Origin: Arcobacteraceae bacterium
GTDB lineage: Bacteria; Campylobacterota; Campylobacteria; Campylobacterales; Arcobacteraceae
DNA: 64,000 bases
Direction of reading: 5' to 3'
NCBI GenBank assembly: GCA_963662945.1
Contig: OY759974.1
Span: forward strand, 160,001 to 224,000
Below the pieces are notes generated by a model. The model did not search any database. It had not been told where the DNA came from and was given only the letters and a program-made list of their open reading frames with translations. How positions within the stretch are numbered: position 1 is the first letter of the stretch; each line of letters opens with the position of its first letter. This document shows, one piece after another, positions 38,664 through 49,305 of the stretch. A program made the position numbers and the translations under genes.

Positions 38664-39939
38664 TATTCTGCTCTTTTGTTTTTAAATAAAGGGCTAAAGT
38701 TATCCCATACAATATATAAAAATATATTTTTTCACTATCACCAAAAAAACTACCAAACATCATTGAAGACATATAACCTATAGTACCTAAAAAGATAAAT
38801 ATAACGTAAGGTCTATATTGATGATTATTTAAATATATATAATGTAATATCTTTAATAAATATCCTAGAAGTACTATAAATAGTAATAGTCCTATCAAAC
38901 CTAAGCTAAAAAAGATTGTCATATAGTCGTTATGTGCCTGTGCAAAAAGGCTATAAGGAATATTTTCTTTTTTATCCTCAAAAATTTTTTTAATACTTTT
39001 TCCATACAAAAATCTACCATATCCTTGAGGTGTAAATAAATCATCACCTCTATATAATAAAATAGATTTCCACATTGCCAATCTGGCAACTGTAGAATGT
39101 CCTAAATTATTTTCAATAACCAATTTATCATATTCACTTGGAGTATAGCTATCCATATGTTTTACTGCTGATATAATATTAAATGCATTATATCGTGTAT
39201 CAAAGTTTTTTGAATAAATTATAAAAGAAAGTATGGATAAAATTATAATTGTCAGAATACTATATTTCATAATTTTATTTTTATAAAATAACAAAAAGAA
39301 AAAAAATAAAATCATAACTGCTGCCACAAACGTTGCTCTGGTATTATTTGCAACAATTGAAACTAAAGTAATAACTAAAAAAAAGATTGCTATTTTTTTA
39401 TATTTTGTAAAAAATAATGCTATTGCTACAGCTAAGGAATATGTTACCCATATACCAAATCTTTCTCCTCCTCCACTATCTAGTAATCCACCTGCTCTAT
39501 AAGGCCATAGTCCATGTTCAAACCAAATATAAATATTTAATAATGTATGAAACCCTAAAGAAACTACTATGATAAAAAATATTTTTTGAATTTTTATATC
39601 ATCAAATTTATAAAAAAATAAAAAAATAATTAGTGATATTATAAAAGGTTTAACTAACTCACCTCTTATTTCACTTATTGTTTCTTTTGGCTCAATAGAA
39701 AAACCAATAGAAATAATGGATATCGTAATTAACCCAACAAGTAAAAAAAGATATAATTGGAAAGATAAAATTTTTCTATAATGAATATTTTTTAGTATTA
39801 AAAAAGAGAGAAGAACAAATAATACAAAAGAAATATTTTGAATAGCTGTTACTCTCGAAATCGGTAAGCTAAATAAAAATATACTCAAAAAAAATAAATC
39901 CAAAGAATACTTATTATTTATCTCTTCTAATTTCAACAA
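38650..39939 (-). CDS. waaL: O-antigen ligase-family membrane protein
   Basis: Multiple TM helices; NTRA, RLAMW and AHNDY motifs. Confidence 0.8.
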   Translation of the reverse strand: MLKLEEINNKYSLDLFFLSIFLFSLPISRVTAIQNISFVLFVLLSFLILKNIHYRKILSFQLYLFLLVGLITISIISIGFSIEPKETISEIRGELVKPFIISLIIFLFFYKFDDIKIQKIFFIIVVSLGFHTLLNIYIWFEHGLWPYRAGGLLDSGGGERFGIWVTYSLAVAIALFFTKYKKIAIFFLVITLVSIVANNTRATFVAAVMILFFFFLLFYKNKIMKYSILTIIILSILSFIIYSKNFDTRYNAFNIISAVKHMDSYTPSEYDKLVIENNLGHSTVARLAMWKSILLYRGDDLFTPQGYGRFLYGKSIKKIFEDKKENIPYSLFAQAHNDYMTIFFSLGLIGLLLFIVLLGYLLKILHYIYLNNHQYRPYVIFIFLGTIGYMSSMMFGSFFGDSEKIYFYILYGITLALYLKTKEQNIETN

Positions 39940-39985
39940 AATCTAAAACCTCATTATTAAGTAACATTGTAATAGAATACAAATT

Positions 39986-41071
39986 ATGATTTATTATATT
40001 ATATTTTTACTTTTATATCCATTACTTTTTATCTTATCATTTTTTAGAAAAGAATCTACAAATAATCTCGTAATCCAAACTGCAAAAATAGGAGACTATG
40101 TTAATAGTTCTGTAATCTTTGATTCTCTAGTAAGCCTAGATATAGTCATTGACAAAATAAATACTTCTTTTTCTCAACATGATTCTAGAATTATAAAAAC
40201 TTTTATTATTAATGATTACAAATCTAATTTATTTACTAAATTACAACTTGCTTTTACACTATTTAATAATAATTACAAAAATGTATATATTATGATGCCA
40301 AATAGTTATAACTTATTTTTAGGGCAGATGAGTTTTTCTCCTAATAAGGTTACTCTATCTACATACTCAGATAAATGGTATAATAAGCTTTTTTCTTTTG
40401 GAATAAAAAAAATTAAACATACAAAAGAAAATCTTACAATCAAAAGTTACCTGACAATGATTTCCAATAATTTAGAACCAGATATTTGTTGGAAAAAAAT
40501 ACAAAAGCCATTGTTCATTCCAAAGCAAGATATCATTGGTCAAAATACTAATTTTAAAATTGGTATTAGCTTAACAGCTGGAAATAAATTAAAAACTATT
40601 GACTTAGATACTTGGAATAAACTATTTAAATTACTTGATAATTTTGATTGTAATGTTTACATATTTGGTCTAACCCATGAAGTAGATATTCTAGAAAATA
40701 TACAATCTCATTTGAATTTACATAAAGCTAAAATTATTTCACTACTTGGAAAAATCAGTCTTGATGAATTACCATACTATACTTCAAAAATGAATTTATA
40801 TATATCTTCAGATACTGGTAATAGCTACATTGCAGACAGTTTTAAAATACCATTGATTAATTTTGCTGGACCATGCTATATGAAAGAACAAAGGCCAATT
40901 GGAAAAGATGTTTTAATTATTAATTCAAATGCAAATTGTGTCCCATTTTCTTTTATATTTAAAGCCCCTTACAATACAAACTGTAAAGATTTATATACAA
41001 TCACTGCAGAACAAGAAAAAAGCATCTTAAATTTTATAACACTTGTTTATAATAGTTATATACAGAATTAA
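39986..41071 (+). CDS. glycosyltransferase family 9
   Basis: QTAKIGD and YISSDTGNSYIA; the only plus-strand gene in the cluster. Confidence 0.85.
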   Translation: MIYYIIFLLLYPLLFILSFFRKESTNNLVIQTAKIGDYVNSSVIFDSLVSLDIVIDKINTSFSQHDSRIIKTFIINDYKSNLFTKLQLAFTLFNNNYKNVYIMMPNSYNLFLGQMSFSPNKVTLSTYSDKWYNKLFSFGIKKIKHTKENLTIKSYLTMISNNLEPDICWKKIQKPLFIPKQDIIGQNTNFKIGISLTAGNKLKTIDLDTWNKLFKLLDNFDCNVYIFGLTHEVDILENIQSHLNLHKAKIISLLGKISLDELPYYTSKMNLYISSDTGNSYIADSFKIPLINFAGPCYMKEQRPIGKDVLIINSNANCVPFSFIFKAPYNTNCKDLYTITAEQEKSILNFITLVYNSYIQN

Positions 41072-42158
41072 TATAATTTTCCAATGAAAAAATTTCTTTA
41101 ATATTTAAATCAATTTCTCTACTTGTAACTGATTTTAAATTCATAAAACAAATCTCTAAACTTTGACTTTCTCTTGGTAAAATAGTATAAACATTTTGAT
41201 TTAATAATAATTCTTTAATTTCAAAACTCACTTGATAATTTGAGGTAATAATATGACACCCACGCATAAGTCCTTCTATAACTGTTCTTGGTAAACCTTC
41301 ATTTTGTGAAAAAGATAATACATAATCTGAATTCTTGTAATATTTATCCATATCTTGAATAAAGCCTAACTCTACAAGTTTATTTTGTTTAATAAGTTTT
41401 TCTTTTAAATTCTCAGTGAAACTATCAAATTTACCACTACCTGCTAAATAAACTTTTATATCTTCTCTAGATACATTATCCAAAGCTTGAAAAACTAACT
41501 TATGACCTTTATTTTCTAAATAATTTGCAGGCATAAATATTTGAACTATGTCACTATTAATTTTATTTTCTATTGTTATCTTTGTATTTTCAATAGGAAA
41601 AGGATTATAAATAACATTAGCATCAATATGTAACTGTTGATTATAAAATTTATATGTTGATTGTGATACACTTATCGTTCTAAAATGAAGTTTTTTCAAT
41701 AATTCTAGCTGATATTCAGTTAATAAGGAGTTTTTTCTCAAATGTTGAATTACTGGTATATTCAATTTATTTGCACCGATTATATATTCTAAATTTGTTC
41801 CAAAATGGTTATTTAAATGTATTAAATCATAATGATTAGATTGTAAAACTTCTTCAGCAAAATCAATTTTATATTGAATTTCTTTTTTATAAAGAAATTT
41901 TTTAGAAACTAATCTATAAAGTTCTTTTTTTATTTTTGATATTTTTTTATAATAAAAATTATTTTCTATAACAGTAACATTTAAAGTTTTTAAATACTGA
42001 TTAATGGTCTTATCATTGTTTATTAAATAGTCATGCTCAAAAAATACATAAAAATTATACTCATTAGGATATTTCATTAATCCTTCTAGTAAATAAAGAA
42101 AACTTTTTGTACCTCCTCCATATTCATATCCGGTATCAATGAAGAGTATATTTTTCAA
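41034..42158 (-). CDS. glycosyltransferase family 4
   Basis: DTGYEYGGG, NKGH, EGLPRTVIEG. Confidence 0.85.
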   Translation of the reverse strand: MKNILFIDTGYEYGGGTKSFLYLLEGLMKYPNEYNFYVFFEHDYLINNDKTINQYLKTLNVTVIENNFYYKKISKIKKELYRLVSKKFLYKKEIQYKIDFAEEVLQSNHYDLIHLNNHFGTNLEYIIGANKLNIPVIQHLRKNSLLTEYQLELLKKLHFRTISVSQSTYKFYNQQLHIDANVIYNPFPIENTKITIENKINSDIVQIFMPANYLENKGHKLVFQALDNVSREDIKVYLAGSGKFDSFTENLKEKLIKQNKLVELGFIQDMDKYYKNSDYVLSFSQNEGLPRTVIEGLMRGCHIITSNYQVSFEIKELLLNQNVYTILPRESQSLEICFMNLKSVTSREIDLNIKEIFSLENYINSVYNYYKQVL

Positions 42159-42161
42159 AAA

Positions 42162-42899
42162 TCATTTCCTTAATCCAAATAATTTTTCCCCTATAATATC
42201 ATTATCTATAAATTTTTTGGTAATTAAATTGTCATATTTTTCAGGATTTTTAGTAGCAATAGTGAAAGTATATATATTATAGAACTTATTGTCGTTTGCA
42301 CTTTGATATATTGTAGTAAATCCATTTTTTTTAAATAATTCTTTGATTGCCATTGGACTAAATCTCCAATAATCTCCAAACGAACCTTCTATATAATGTA
42401 CAGATTGTAAAAATGGTAATATTATTATGACAACATCATCACTCATATCACATAAATTTTTAAATGCTGTATCTATTTCAAATATATGTTCTAAGACCGT
42501 ATGATTAAATACTACATCAAATTTATTTTTGAGTTCTTGATCTACAGGAGTAGATAAATCTAAAAATATTTCATTGTCTATATTTGATAAGCCTGACTCA
42601 CCTTTGTAGTTTGAAACATAATATTCACTAGCATTAGTAAAATAGTTTTTGTAATAATTACCTTCTTTATCTTCATCTTTCCAACCACTTACATTCACTA
42701 CTTTGCCAGTAAACAAATGTGAAAACTCTCTTAATTCAATATTACTCCAACTTCTAGGTCTCACAAATGTTTTTTGTGTTCTTTTGGCAAATTCTATAGA
42801 AAACATATGTATTTGCTCTAACATGTAAGTAGTGATTTGCTTTAAAATTGGAATTTTTAAAATTGAAATTAAATATTTTTGTATCATCTTTTTATTCAC
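42162..42899 (-). CDS. class I SAM-dependent methyltransferase-like protein
   Basis: FDVVFNHTVLEHI and PF...H...DYWRFSP. Confidence 0.65.
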   Translation of the reverse strand: MNKKMIQKYLISILKIPILKQITTYMLEQIHMFSIEFAKRTQKTFVRPRSWSNIELREFSHLFTGKVVNVSGWKDEDKEGNYYKNYFTNASEYYVSNYKGESGLSNIDNEIFLDLSTPVDQELKNKFDVVFNHTVLEHIFEIDTAFKNLCDMSDDVVIIILPFLQSVHYIEGSFGDYWRFSPMAIKELFKKNGFTTIYQSANDNKFYNIYTFTIATKNPEKYDNLITKKFIDNDIIGEKLFGLRK

Positions 42900-43631
42900 C
42901 TATAGTTTTTTATTTATAAGACTCTGTAACTTACTACTCCAAAGTAAGGCTGTATTTTCTTGTGATTGATGATGATCAACTTTATCTTTTATAATAAATT
43001 TATCATCAACTACATTCGTATCTTTATTCATTGTTTCTTCTGTAATATCAATATAATCAAGACCATATTTTATTGCAAGTAGTTTTAATTGTTCATTAAA
43101 TTTTAAGGTAAGACTTGTTCTTTCTAATTGCGTAGTTGATATTGTATCTCTCAATGCAACCTCACTACTATTTTTTTGTCCATCCCTTACTGTTGGCAAA
43201 ATTGCACCTGAGAGAATAATTCTTTTCTTATATGGCAACAATTCTTTTATTAGTAACTCATATCCTCTTATTGATATCGAAATATTATCATATGCACTAT
43301 TCTTATAATCTTGTGCTTTCTTCCATAAGATATAAGCACAATCAACTTCCCCTAATTGTATTATAATTGTATTATAAGTTTTAAACCTATTAAGCTCACT
43401 TAAAAAATGTTTTAATGTTTGACTTGATGAATTACTATTATTTAAACCATAAGCAGTTGCACCACCTACAACTTTAACATTTATCAAATGAGGTAATATT
43501 AAATTATGATCATTGATATACTCAAATACACCACCATGTGAATCACTAAGAACTAAAATTTTTTTACCATTTTGAAAATAGTTTATTAACTCTCGATATC
43601 TTTTTTGTAATGATTTTTTAATCTTACTCAA
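42900..43631 (-). CDS. SGNH/GDSL hydrolase-family protein
   Basis: LSDSH block I, GATAYG, LGEVD, DHH block V. Confidence 0.7.
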   Translation of the reverse strand: MSKIKKSLQKRYRELINYFQNGKKILVLSDSHGGVFEYINDHNLILPHLINVKVVGGATAYGLNNSNSSSQTLKHFLSELNRFKTYNTIIIQLGEVDCAYILWKKAQDYKNSAYDNISISIRGYELLIKELLPYKKRIILSGAILPTVRDGQKNSSEVALRDTISTTQLERTSLTLKFNEQLKLLAIKYGLDYIDITEETMNKDTNVVDDKFIIKDKVDHHQSQENTALLWSSKLQSLINKKL

Positions 43632-44727
43632 AGCTTAAAATCCTTTCACTTAATTTTAGAACATCATCTGCTGTAATTTGCAACATACACTCTTGATATT
43701 TACAATTTTTGGCAATACAAGGATTACAAGTTTTCTCTTTTTGAATATATAGATGAATATTTTGATCATAACAAGCATTAGTTCCTATATGATTAGCAAC
43801 TACAAAAAAACCTATTGTTGGAACTTTCAATGCTATTGCAATATGTAGAGGACCTGTATCAGGAGTAATCAATAAATCCAATGTTCCAATTAAAGCAGCT
43901 GCACTACCTAATTGAAATTTTCCAGCTAAATTAAACACTCTTGAATTATTAATTCCTTCTTCTACTTGATTTGTTAACTTCACTTCATTTGGTGCACCAG
44001 TAAGGATTATAATAGAATTTGGATATTTTAATAGTAACTTTTTACCTAAATCTACCCATTTATCACTAAACCACATTCTACTTACTGTTGATGCACCTAT
44101 TTGAAAACCAATTACGATAGCAGAATTATCTATACTTTTACTCTCTAAGTAATTGAAAACTTCATCTTTCCAACTATCTTTTAATACTATATCCATTCGA
44201 GGGTCATCCTCAAATATATTTAGATATTCAAGTTGCCTTAATCTATCGAAAATCCCATGTCTATCACCATAAGCACTTATTGGTAAATTTGTATGAAATT
44301 TATTGTACTCATTTTTATTATTTGGTATTTTAATAATATATTTTGAACCAGATAATAATGCAAGTGGTGTTGCTTGTGGTTCATTAGAATGTAAAATTAA
44401 TGTAGCATCAATTTTTTTTGTTTTTAATATTTTTAAAACTTGAAAAAACTTCTTCCATCTACCATCATACAAAATAATTTCATCAATGTATTTATTTGTT
44501 TCAAATAACTTATAATTTGTTGGATTTAATAATACAATCAATTTTTTATCTGGATAATGTAACTTTAAACTTCTAAATACTGGCGTACTAAAAAGAGTAT
44601 CACCAATTGCTGTGTTTGACATTAATAAAATATTATGAACACTATCCATAGGAATATGTTCTAATTTATCAACTTTTTTATTTTTAATTAAAAAACTAAT
44701 TCCTAATTCAAATAAATCAAATTTCAT
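43624..44727 (-). CDS. glycosyltransferase family 9
   Basis: NTAIGDTLFSTP, QIGAS, ITPDTGPLHIA. Confidence 0.9.
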   Translation of the reverse strand: MKFDLFELGISFLIKNKKVDKLEHIPMDSVHNILLMSNTAIGDTLFSTPVFRSLKLHYPDKKLIVLLNPTNYKLFETNKYIDEIILYDGRWKKFFQVLKILKTKKIDATLILHSNEPQATPLALLSGSKYIIKIPNNKNEYNKFHTNLPISAYGDRHGIFDRLRQLEYLNIFEDDPRMDIVLKDSWKDEVFNYLESKSIDNSAIVIGFQIGASTVSRMWFSDKWVDLGKKLLLKYPNSIIILTGAPNEVKLTNQVEEGINNSRVFNLAGKFQLGSAAALIGTLDLLITPDTGPLHIAIALKVPTIGFFVVANHIGTNACYDQNIHLYIQKEKTCNPCIAKNCKYQECMLQITADDVLKLSERILSFE

Positions 44728-45677
44728 ATTTTTTTAATACCATTAACAATCAATTCAGGTTTAATATTGTTTGCCATTTTTGTTTTATCTTGTATCACCA
44801 AATCTTCATATCCCCAAGGAGCCCATTTGGTCATATCTGTTTTACCACCAATCGATATTGTCTTGGTACCAACAGCAGGAGCTAAATGCATTGCACCACC
44901 ATCAAGAGTAATAAATAATTTTACATTTGTAATCAAACCACCTAAATCTTGTAATGAAGATGTTTGAATAAATGTAGCTTTTGTATTTTCCTCTAACCAA
45001 ATTGCCGATTCAAAATCATCTGGTTCTGCACTTATCAAAATTTTATAATCATCTAATTGTTCAAAAACTTGTTTAAATTTTTCCTTATCATATTTATTTT
45101 CTTTTATTCTTGAAGATATATGAAAAAGTATATTTTCATTGTATTGTGTATATTTATCACTTAATTCTTGATCAATATGATATAAAGTATTCTCATTATT
45201 ATACTCAACACCAAATTCTTTCAAACAATCAAAACAAAATAAAACTTCATGTTGGTTATAGTTTAATTTAACATGATTTGTAAAATTATCTTTTCCTTTT
45301 TGATTTTGAACTCCTACTTTATATTGAGCATTTGTAATATTTGCAAAAAGTTCAGCAGACTTTGAATAACCACTCCTAAATATAACAACTACATCATAAT
45401 TTTGTTTTTTTATATCTAGTAAAATTTTTAACTTACCTAAACCTGCTTTTATTTTTTCTAATAAACTTTTTTTATGTTTAGGTTTTGTATAGCAATATAT
45501 TTTATCTACAAATGGATTTTTATAAATTGCATCATAATTATATGAATTTACGACAATATCTATTTGATTATTAGGATATTTCTTTCTTAAAGCCTCAATT
45601 GAAGGTGTGGTACATATTAAATCACCTACATTGTCATTTCTAACAAGAAGAATCTTTTTATTCTCAATATCTATCAC
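44724..45677 (-). CDS. glycosyltransferase family 9
   Basis: RNDNVGDLICTTP, TLDGGAMHLA. Confidence 0.9.
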   Translation of the reverse strand: MIDIENKKILLVRNDNVGDLICTTPSIEALRKKYPNNQIDIVVNSYNYDAIYKNPFVDKIYCYTKPKHKKSLLEKIKAGLGKLKILLDIKKQNYDVVVIFRSGYSKSAELFANITNAQYKVGVQNQKGKDNFTNHVKLNYNQHEVLFCFDCLKEFGVEYNNENTLYHIDQELSDKYTQYNENILFHISSRIKENKYDKEKFKQVFEQLDDYKILISAEPDDFESAIWLEENTKATFIQTSSLQDLGGLITNVKLFITLDGGAMHLAPAVGTKTISIGGKTDMTKWAPWGYEDLVIQDKTKMANNIKPELIVNGIKKI

Positions 45678-46438
45678 TGTGGTTTAACCTTTGCATATAT
45701 ATATCCTAAAAAATTATTTGAAAAGATACTTAGGTTCTTTTTTAACCACTTTGCATCTTTTTTGACAGCAATTCTTTTTATCTCTCTTAGTTCATTATTA
45801 GGGAGATTTATCCCTCTTTTAGTGGTAAAAAGTATATCAAATTTTTCATTATTAGCTTCTTGTATTAATTCACTTGAATAAATACCTCTTGGCCAACAAA
45901 GGTAATGATCTTCAAATCCTAAATTTTCTTGAATAAGTTTTTTTGATTTTATAAATTCATCTTTCCAACTAATACTTGAAAAATAATCATCCCTATGTGT
46001 ATGTGTATGTGAATGAATATCAAAAACATCATCCATTTGTTTTAATTCATCCCAACAACATAATACACTTCTTGGATTTAGTGGTACTAAATTCTTACAT
46101 TCAGTATGATTTTTTTCACTATATTCACAATTTCCTGATTTAGAAGCTTCATCTATCCATTGTGTAACAATAAAAAGTGTTGCTTTTAAATTATATTTTT
46201 TTAAAATAGGATAAGCATAAATAAAATTATCTCTCCAACCATCATCAAAAGTTATTAGTACAGATTTTTTAGGAACTTTTAATTTCCCTTGCTTAAATTG
46301 ATAAAACTCATTACTTGTAAGAGTTTTCCAATTATTCTCATATAAAAACTTCATTTGCTCTTCAAAATTCTTTACGCTACTAGCTATAAAACTATCTTGT
46401 GAAAGTATATGATGATACATAAGTACTGGTACACTCAC
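45674..46438 (-). CDS. polysaccharide deacetylase (CE4)
   Basis: PVLMYHH, ITFDDGW, HSHTHTH, WPRG. Confidence 0.9.
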   Translation of the reverse strand: MSVPVLMYHHILSQDSFIASSVKNFEEQMKFLYENNWKTLTSNEFYQFKQGKLKVPKKSVLITFDDGWRDNFIYAYPILKKYNLKATLFIVTQWIDEASKSGNCEYSEKNHTECKNLVPLNPRSVLCCWDELKQMDDVFDIHSHTHTHRDDYFSSISWKDEFIKSKKLIQENLGFEDHYLCWPRGIYSSELIQEANNEKFDILFTTKRGINLPNNELREIKRIAVKKDAKWLKKNLSIFSNNFLGYIYAKVKPQ

Positions 46439-46443
46439 CTTAA

Positions 46444-47496
46444 TTATCCTACTAATTCTTTATAAAGTTTTTTTGTATCATCCATCATTTTTTCTACTGA
46501 AAAAGTTTTTAAAATAAATGCTCTTGTATTGGATTTTAATTCATTTAATCTTGTTTCATCGTCCAAGAGATTATTAATTTGCTTTTCTAATATATCAAAA
46601 TCATCAAATAAATAACCTGTTTCTCCTTCACTTAAAGCTTCTGGGATACCTCCAACATTTGAAGCAATTACAGGAACTCCACAACTTTGAGCTTCTAGTA
46701 AACTTGTTCCTAAAGCTTCATGTCTAGATGCTAAAATAAATAAATCAAAATTTGGCAATAACTTATCAATATCATCTCTATGCCCTAACATAATAACTTT
46801 ATTGTTCATATTAAAATCTATGATAGTTTGTTGTATTTCCTCTTTCATTGGTCCATCACCAACTATAATTAATTTAGCATCTCCCTTAACCTTTGAAAAT
46901 ACCTTGATAAGTTCTTGGTGTCTCTTAGCTGCTCTTAAAACTGCTACACAACCTACAAGTTTAGTATCTTTTGGAATATGTAATTCTTTTCTTAAATCAT
47001 ATACAAGTTTGTTACTAAATTTATCTGTATCAACACCTGTATAAATATTAACTATTTTTTCTTTCTTAACACCTGCACTTATTAGATAATCTTTAACTTG
47101 GTTACTCACGGTTACAACTTTTGTAGCTAAGTTATAACTAAAAGGTTTTACTGGAACTATTAAATGTCGAACTCTAACCACTTTTGTATTCGTTAGTAAC
47201 CCTACAATATTTCCTATCCAAGCATCTTTCCCTGAATGAGTTGAGATAATATCTATCTTATTCTTTTTTACAAACTTACATAGAGTAAAAATTGTTTTTA
47301 AATTGTAAATTTTATTAAGCTTGACTGTAAAAAAGTCAGCATTTATTTCATTTTTTTTCTTATAAAGTATACTATCCTCTTCCACCGCCCAAAAAATTTT
47401 ATATTCATTATTCGGTAAGTGATTTACTAACCTTACTGTTCTTTTTTCTTGTCCACCCCATCCTCTTGAACTTTCCATCTCTAATATATTAATCAT
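46444..47496 (-). CDS. glycosyltransferase family 4
   Basis: GWGGQE, THSGKD, EALGTSLLEA, VGGIPE. Confidence 0.9.
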   Translation of the reverse strand: MINILEMESSRGWGGQEKRTVRLVNHLPNNEYKIFWAVEEDSILYKKKNEINADFFTVKLNKIYNLKTIFTLCKFVKKNKIDIISTHSGKDAWIGNIVGLLTNTKVVRVRHLIVPVKPFSYNLATKVVTVSNQVKDYLISAGVKKEKIVNIYTGVDTDKFSNKLVYDLRKELHIPKDTKLVGCVAVLRAAKRHQELIKVFSKVKGDAKLIIVGDGPMKEEIQQTIIDFNMNNKVIMLGHRDDIDKLLPNFDLFILASRHEALGTSLLEAQSCGVPVIASNVGGIPEALSEGETGYLFDDFDILEKQINNLLDDETRLNELKSNTRAFILKTFSVEKMMDDTKKLYKELVG

Positions 47497-48598
47497 TATT
47501 CATCTGCTTTATATTTTCTTTTATAAAATTTACATCTAACTTCATTAGACAATCACTTATCTTACTACCTTCACAACCATCTTTTCCACAAGGTACACAG
47601 TCCCAATTTTCTTGAATGACTCTATGTTTTCCCATGGTTCTAAATCCTTGTCTAGTTATATATCCTGACTCCATTAAATCATTATCCCAAGGACCCCAGT
47701 GATCTGCACCACTTGGTCCAAAAAAAGCTAATACTGGAACATTATTTGCTGCACTTATATGCATAATAGCAGTATCAACTCCGATAAAAAGCTTTGCTTT
47801 ACTATTTAGATACGCAGTTTGTTTTAAAGTAAATCTTCCTGCAAGATTTATTGGACGCGTACTACACAACCTTAAAATATTCTCTAATCTTTCTAACTCT
47901 TGTTTAACTGGTGCAGCTGTAAGTACAACTTGTCTATTTAATTCAATTTGACAATAATCAATAATTTGTGCCATTGTTACATCATTGATACACTTAAACA
48001 TCCATCTTGAAACTGGATGTATATGTATAAAGTTTTTTCCCAATAGCCCTTCATCTTTTAAAACAGTATCTACTGTAGTAACATCTTCATCACTCCAATA
48101 TATCGATACTTTTTTTTCTTTTATTGGTAAATCTAACACCCTTAAACTATCCAAATCCATCTCAATAGTATGTCGAAATCCTTGACTTGGTAAAATCAAA
48201 TCAAAAACATTTTTAGTAAGAAAGTTTTTCCCACTTTTATACCCAAGCTTCATATCTGCACCACTTAAAAGTGCTATTTGTGCACCTCTATCACCTTTAG
48301 TAGTATTGACAATCATATCATATTTATTTTTTCTAATTTGTAACGCAAATTTTATCTCTGCAATAACTCTTTTAAATAGTGATAAACTTTTAATATATTC
48401 TCTATCATAAATTAAAACTTCATTGATATTTGGATTTAAAGTGACCATATCTTGTGTCCCTTTATTAACGGCTATATCAATTAAAGCATCGGGGTAATTT
48501 AATTTCAAATTTTTAATTAAAGGTGTAGTAAGTAACACATCACCAATATTGCGAAATTTCATAATTAATATTTTTTTAGGATTTAATTTTTTATTCAT
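47489..48598 (-). CDS. waaQ: lipopolysaccharide heptosyltransferase III-like (GT9)
   Basis: KFRNIGDVLLTTP, HPVSRWMFK, GVDTAIMHISAA, WGPW. Confidence 0.8.
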   Translation of the reverse strand: MNKKLNPKKILIMKFRNIGDVLLTTPLIKNLKLNYPDALIDIAVNKGTQDMVTLNPNINEVLIYDREYIKSLSLFKRVIAEIKFALQIRKNKYDMIVNTTKGDRGAQIALLSGADMKLGYKSGKNFLTKNVFDLILPSQGFRHTIEMDLDSLRVLDLPIKEKKVSIYWSDEDVTTVDTVLKDEGLLGKNFIHIHPVSRWMFKCINDVTMAQIIDYCQIELNRQVVLTAAPVKQELERLENILRLCSTRPINLAGRFTLKQTAYLNSKAKLFIGVDTAIMHISAANNVPVLAFFGPSGADHWGPWDNDLMESGYITRQGFRTMGKHRVIQENWDCVPCGKDGCEGSKISDCLMKLDVNFIKENIKQMNND

Positions 48599-49305
48599 TT
48601 AATATATTTCCAAAAAGTATATTGAGCATATAGTTTTGCTATCACGAAACCATGCCAACCATCCATAAATCCTCTTTTTAGTACGTATAGTTTTAAAAAA
48701 GTCCAGTATGGATTTATGATTGCTTTTGCTATATTTTTTTTCTTATGATTTAAACTTGAGTATCTATTTTGTTTTGTGATAAACTCTTCAATTGAATCAT
48801 AGGCTAAATGGATAATATCATTTTTTAAGTGTGTTGTATTTGTTATTTGTACACTTTCATGTACCTCTAATTCACTAAATTTCCCTTTTTTTCTATTAAA
48901 AAGTCTAATTGTATAGTCTGGGTATAATCCACACGTTTTTATATCTTTTCCAAAAAAGTTATTGAGTCTTGGTACAAAATATCCATCATACTTTGGATTT
49001 TGTAACTCTTGAAGTATCTCAAACTGTAACTCTTTAGAAATTCTCTCATCACTATCAAGGACAAATACCCAATCATGACTAGCTAGTTCTACAGACTTTT
49101 GTTTTTGTTTCCCAAAACCTAACCACTCTTGATGCATAACAGTTGCACCAAGTTGTTTGGCTATATTTAGTGTATCATCTGTTGAACCACTATCTAATAT
49201 CAATACTTCATCTGCAAACAAACTTGATTTTATAGCATCAGCTATAACGCTTTGTTCATTTTTTGTAATGATTACAACTGAAAGTTTATTTGTAGAGATG
49301 TTCAT
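48595..49305 (-). CDS. glycosyltransferase family 2 (WaaE/LgtF-like)
   Basis: LSVVIITKNE, DSGSTD, WLGFGKQK, LDSDE, YPDY; likely start ATG 49305. Confidence 0.88.
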   Translation of the reverse strand: MNISTNKLSVVIITKNEQSVIADAIKSSLFADEVLILDSGSTDDTLNIAKQLGATVMHQEWLGFGKQKQKSVELASHDWVFVLDSDERISKELQFEILQELQNPKYDGYFVPRLNNFFGKDIKTCGLYPDYTIRLFNRKKGKFSELEVHESVQITNTTHLKNDIIHLAYDSIEEFITKQNRYSSLNHKKKNIAKAIINPYWTFLKLYVLKRGFMDGWHGFVIAKLYAQYTFWKYIK

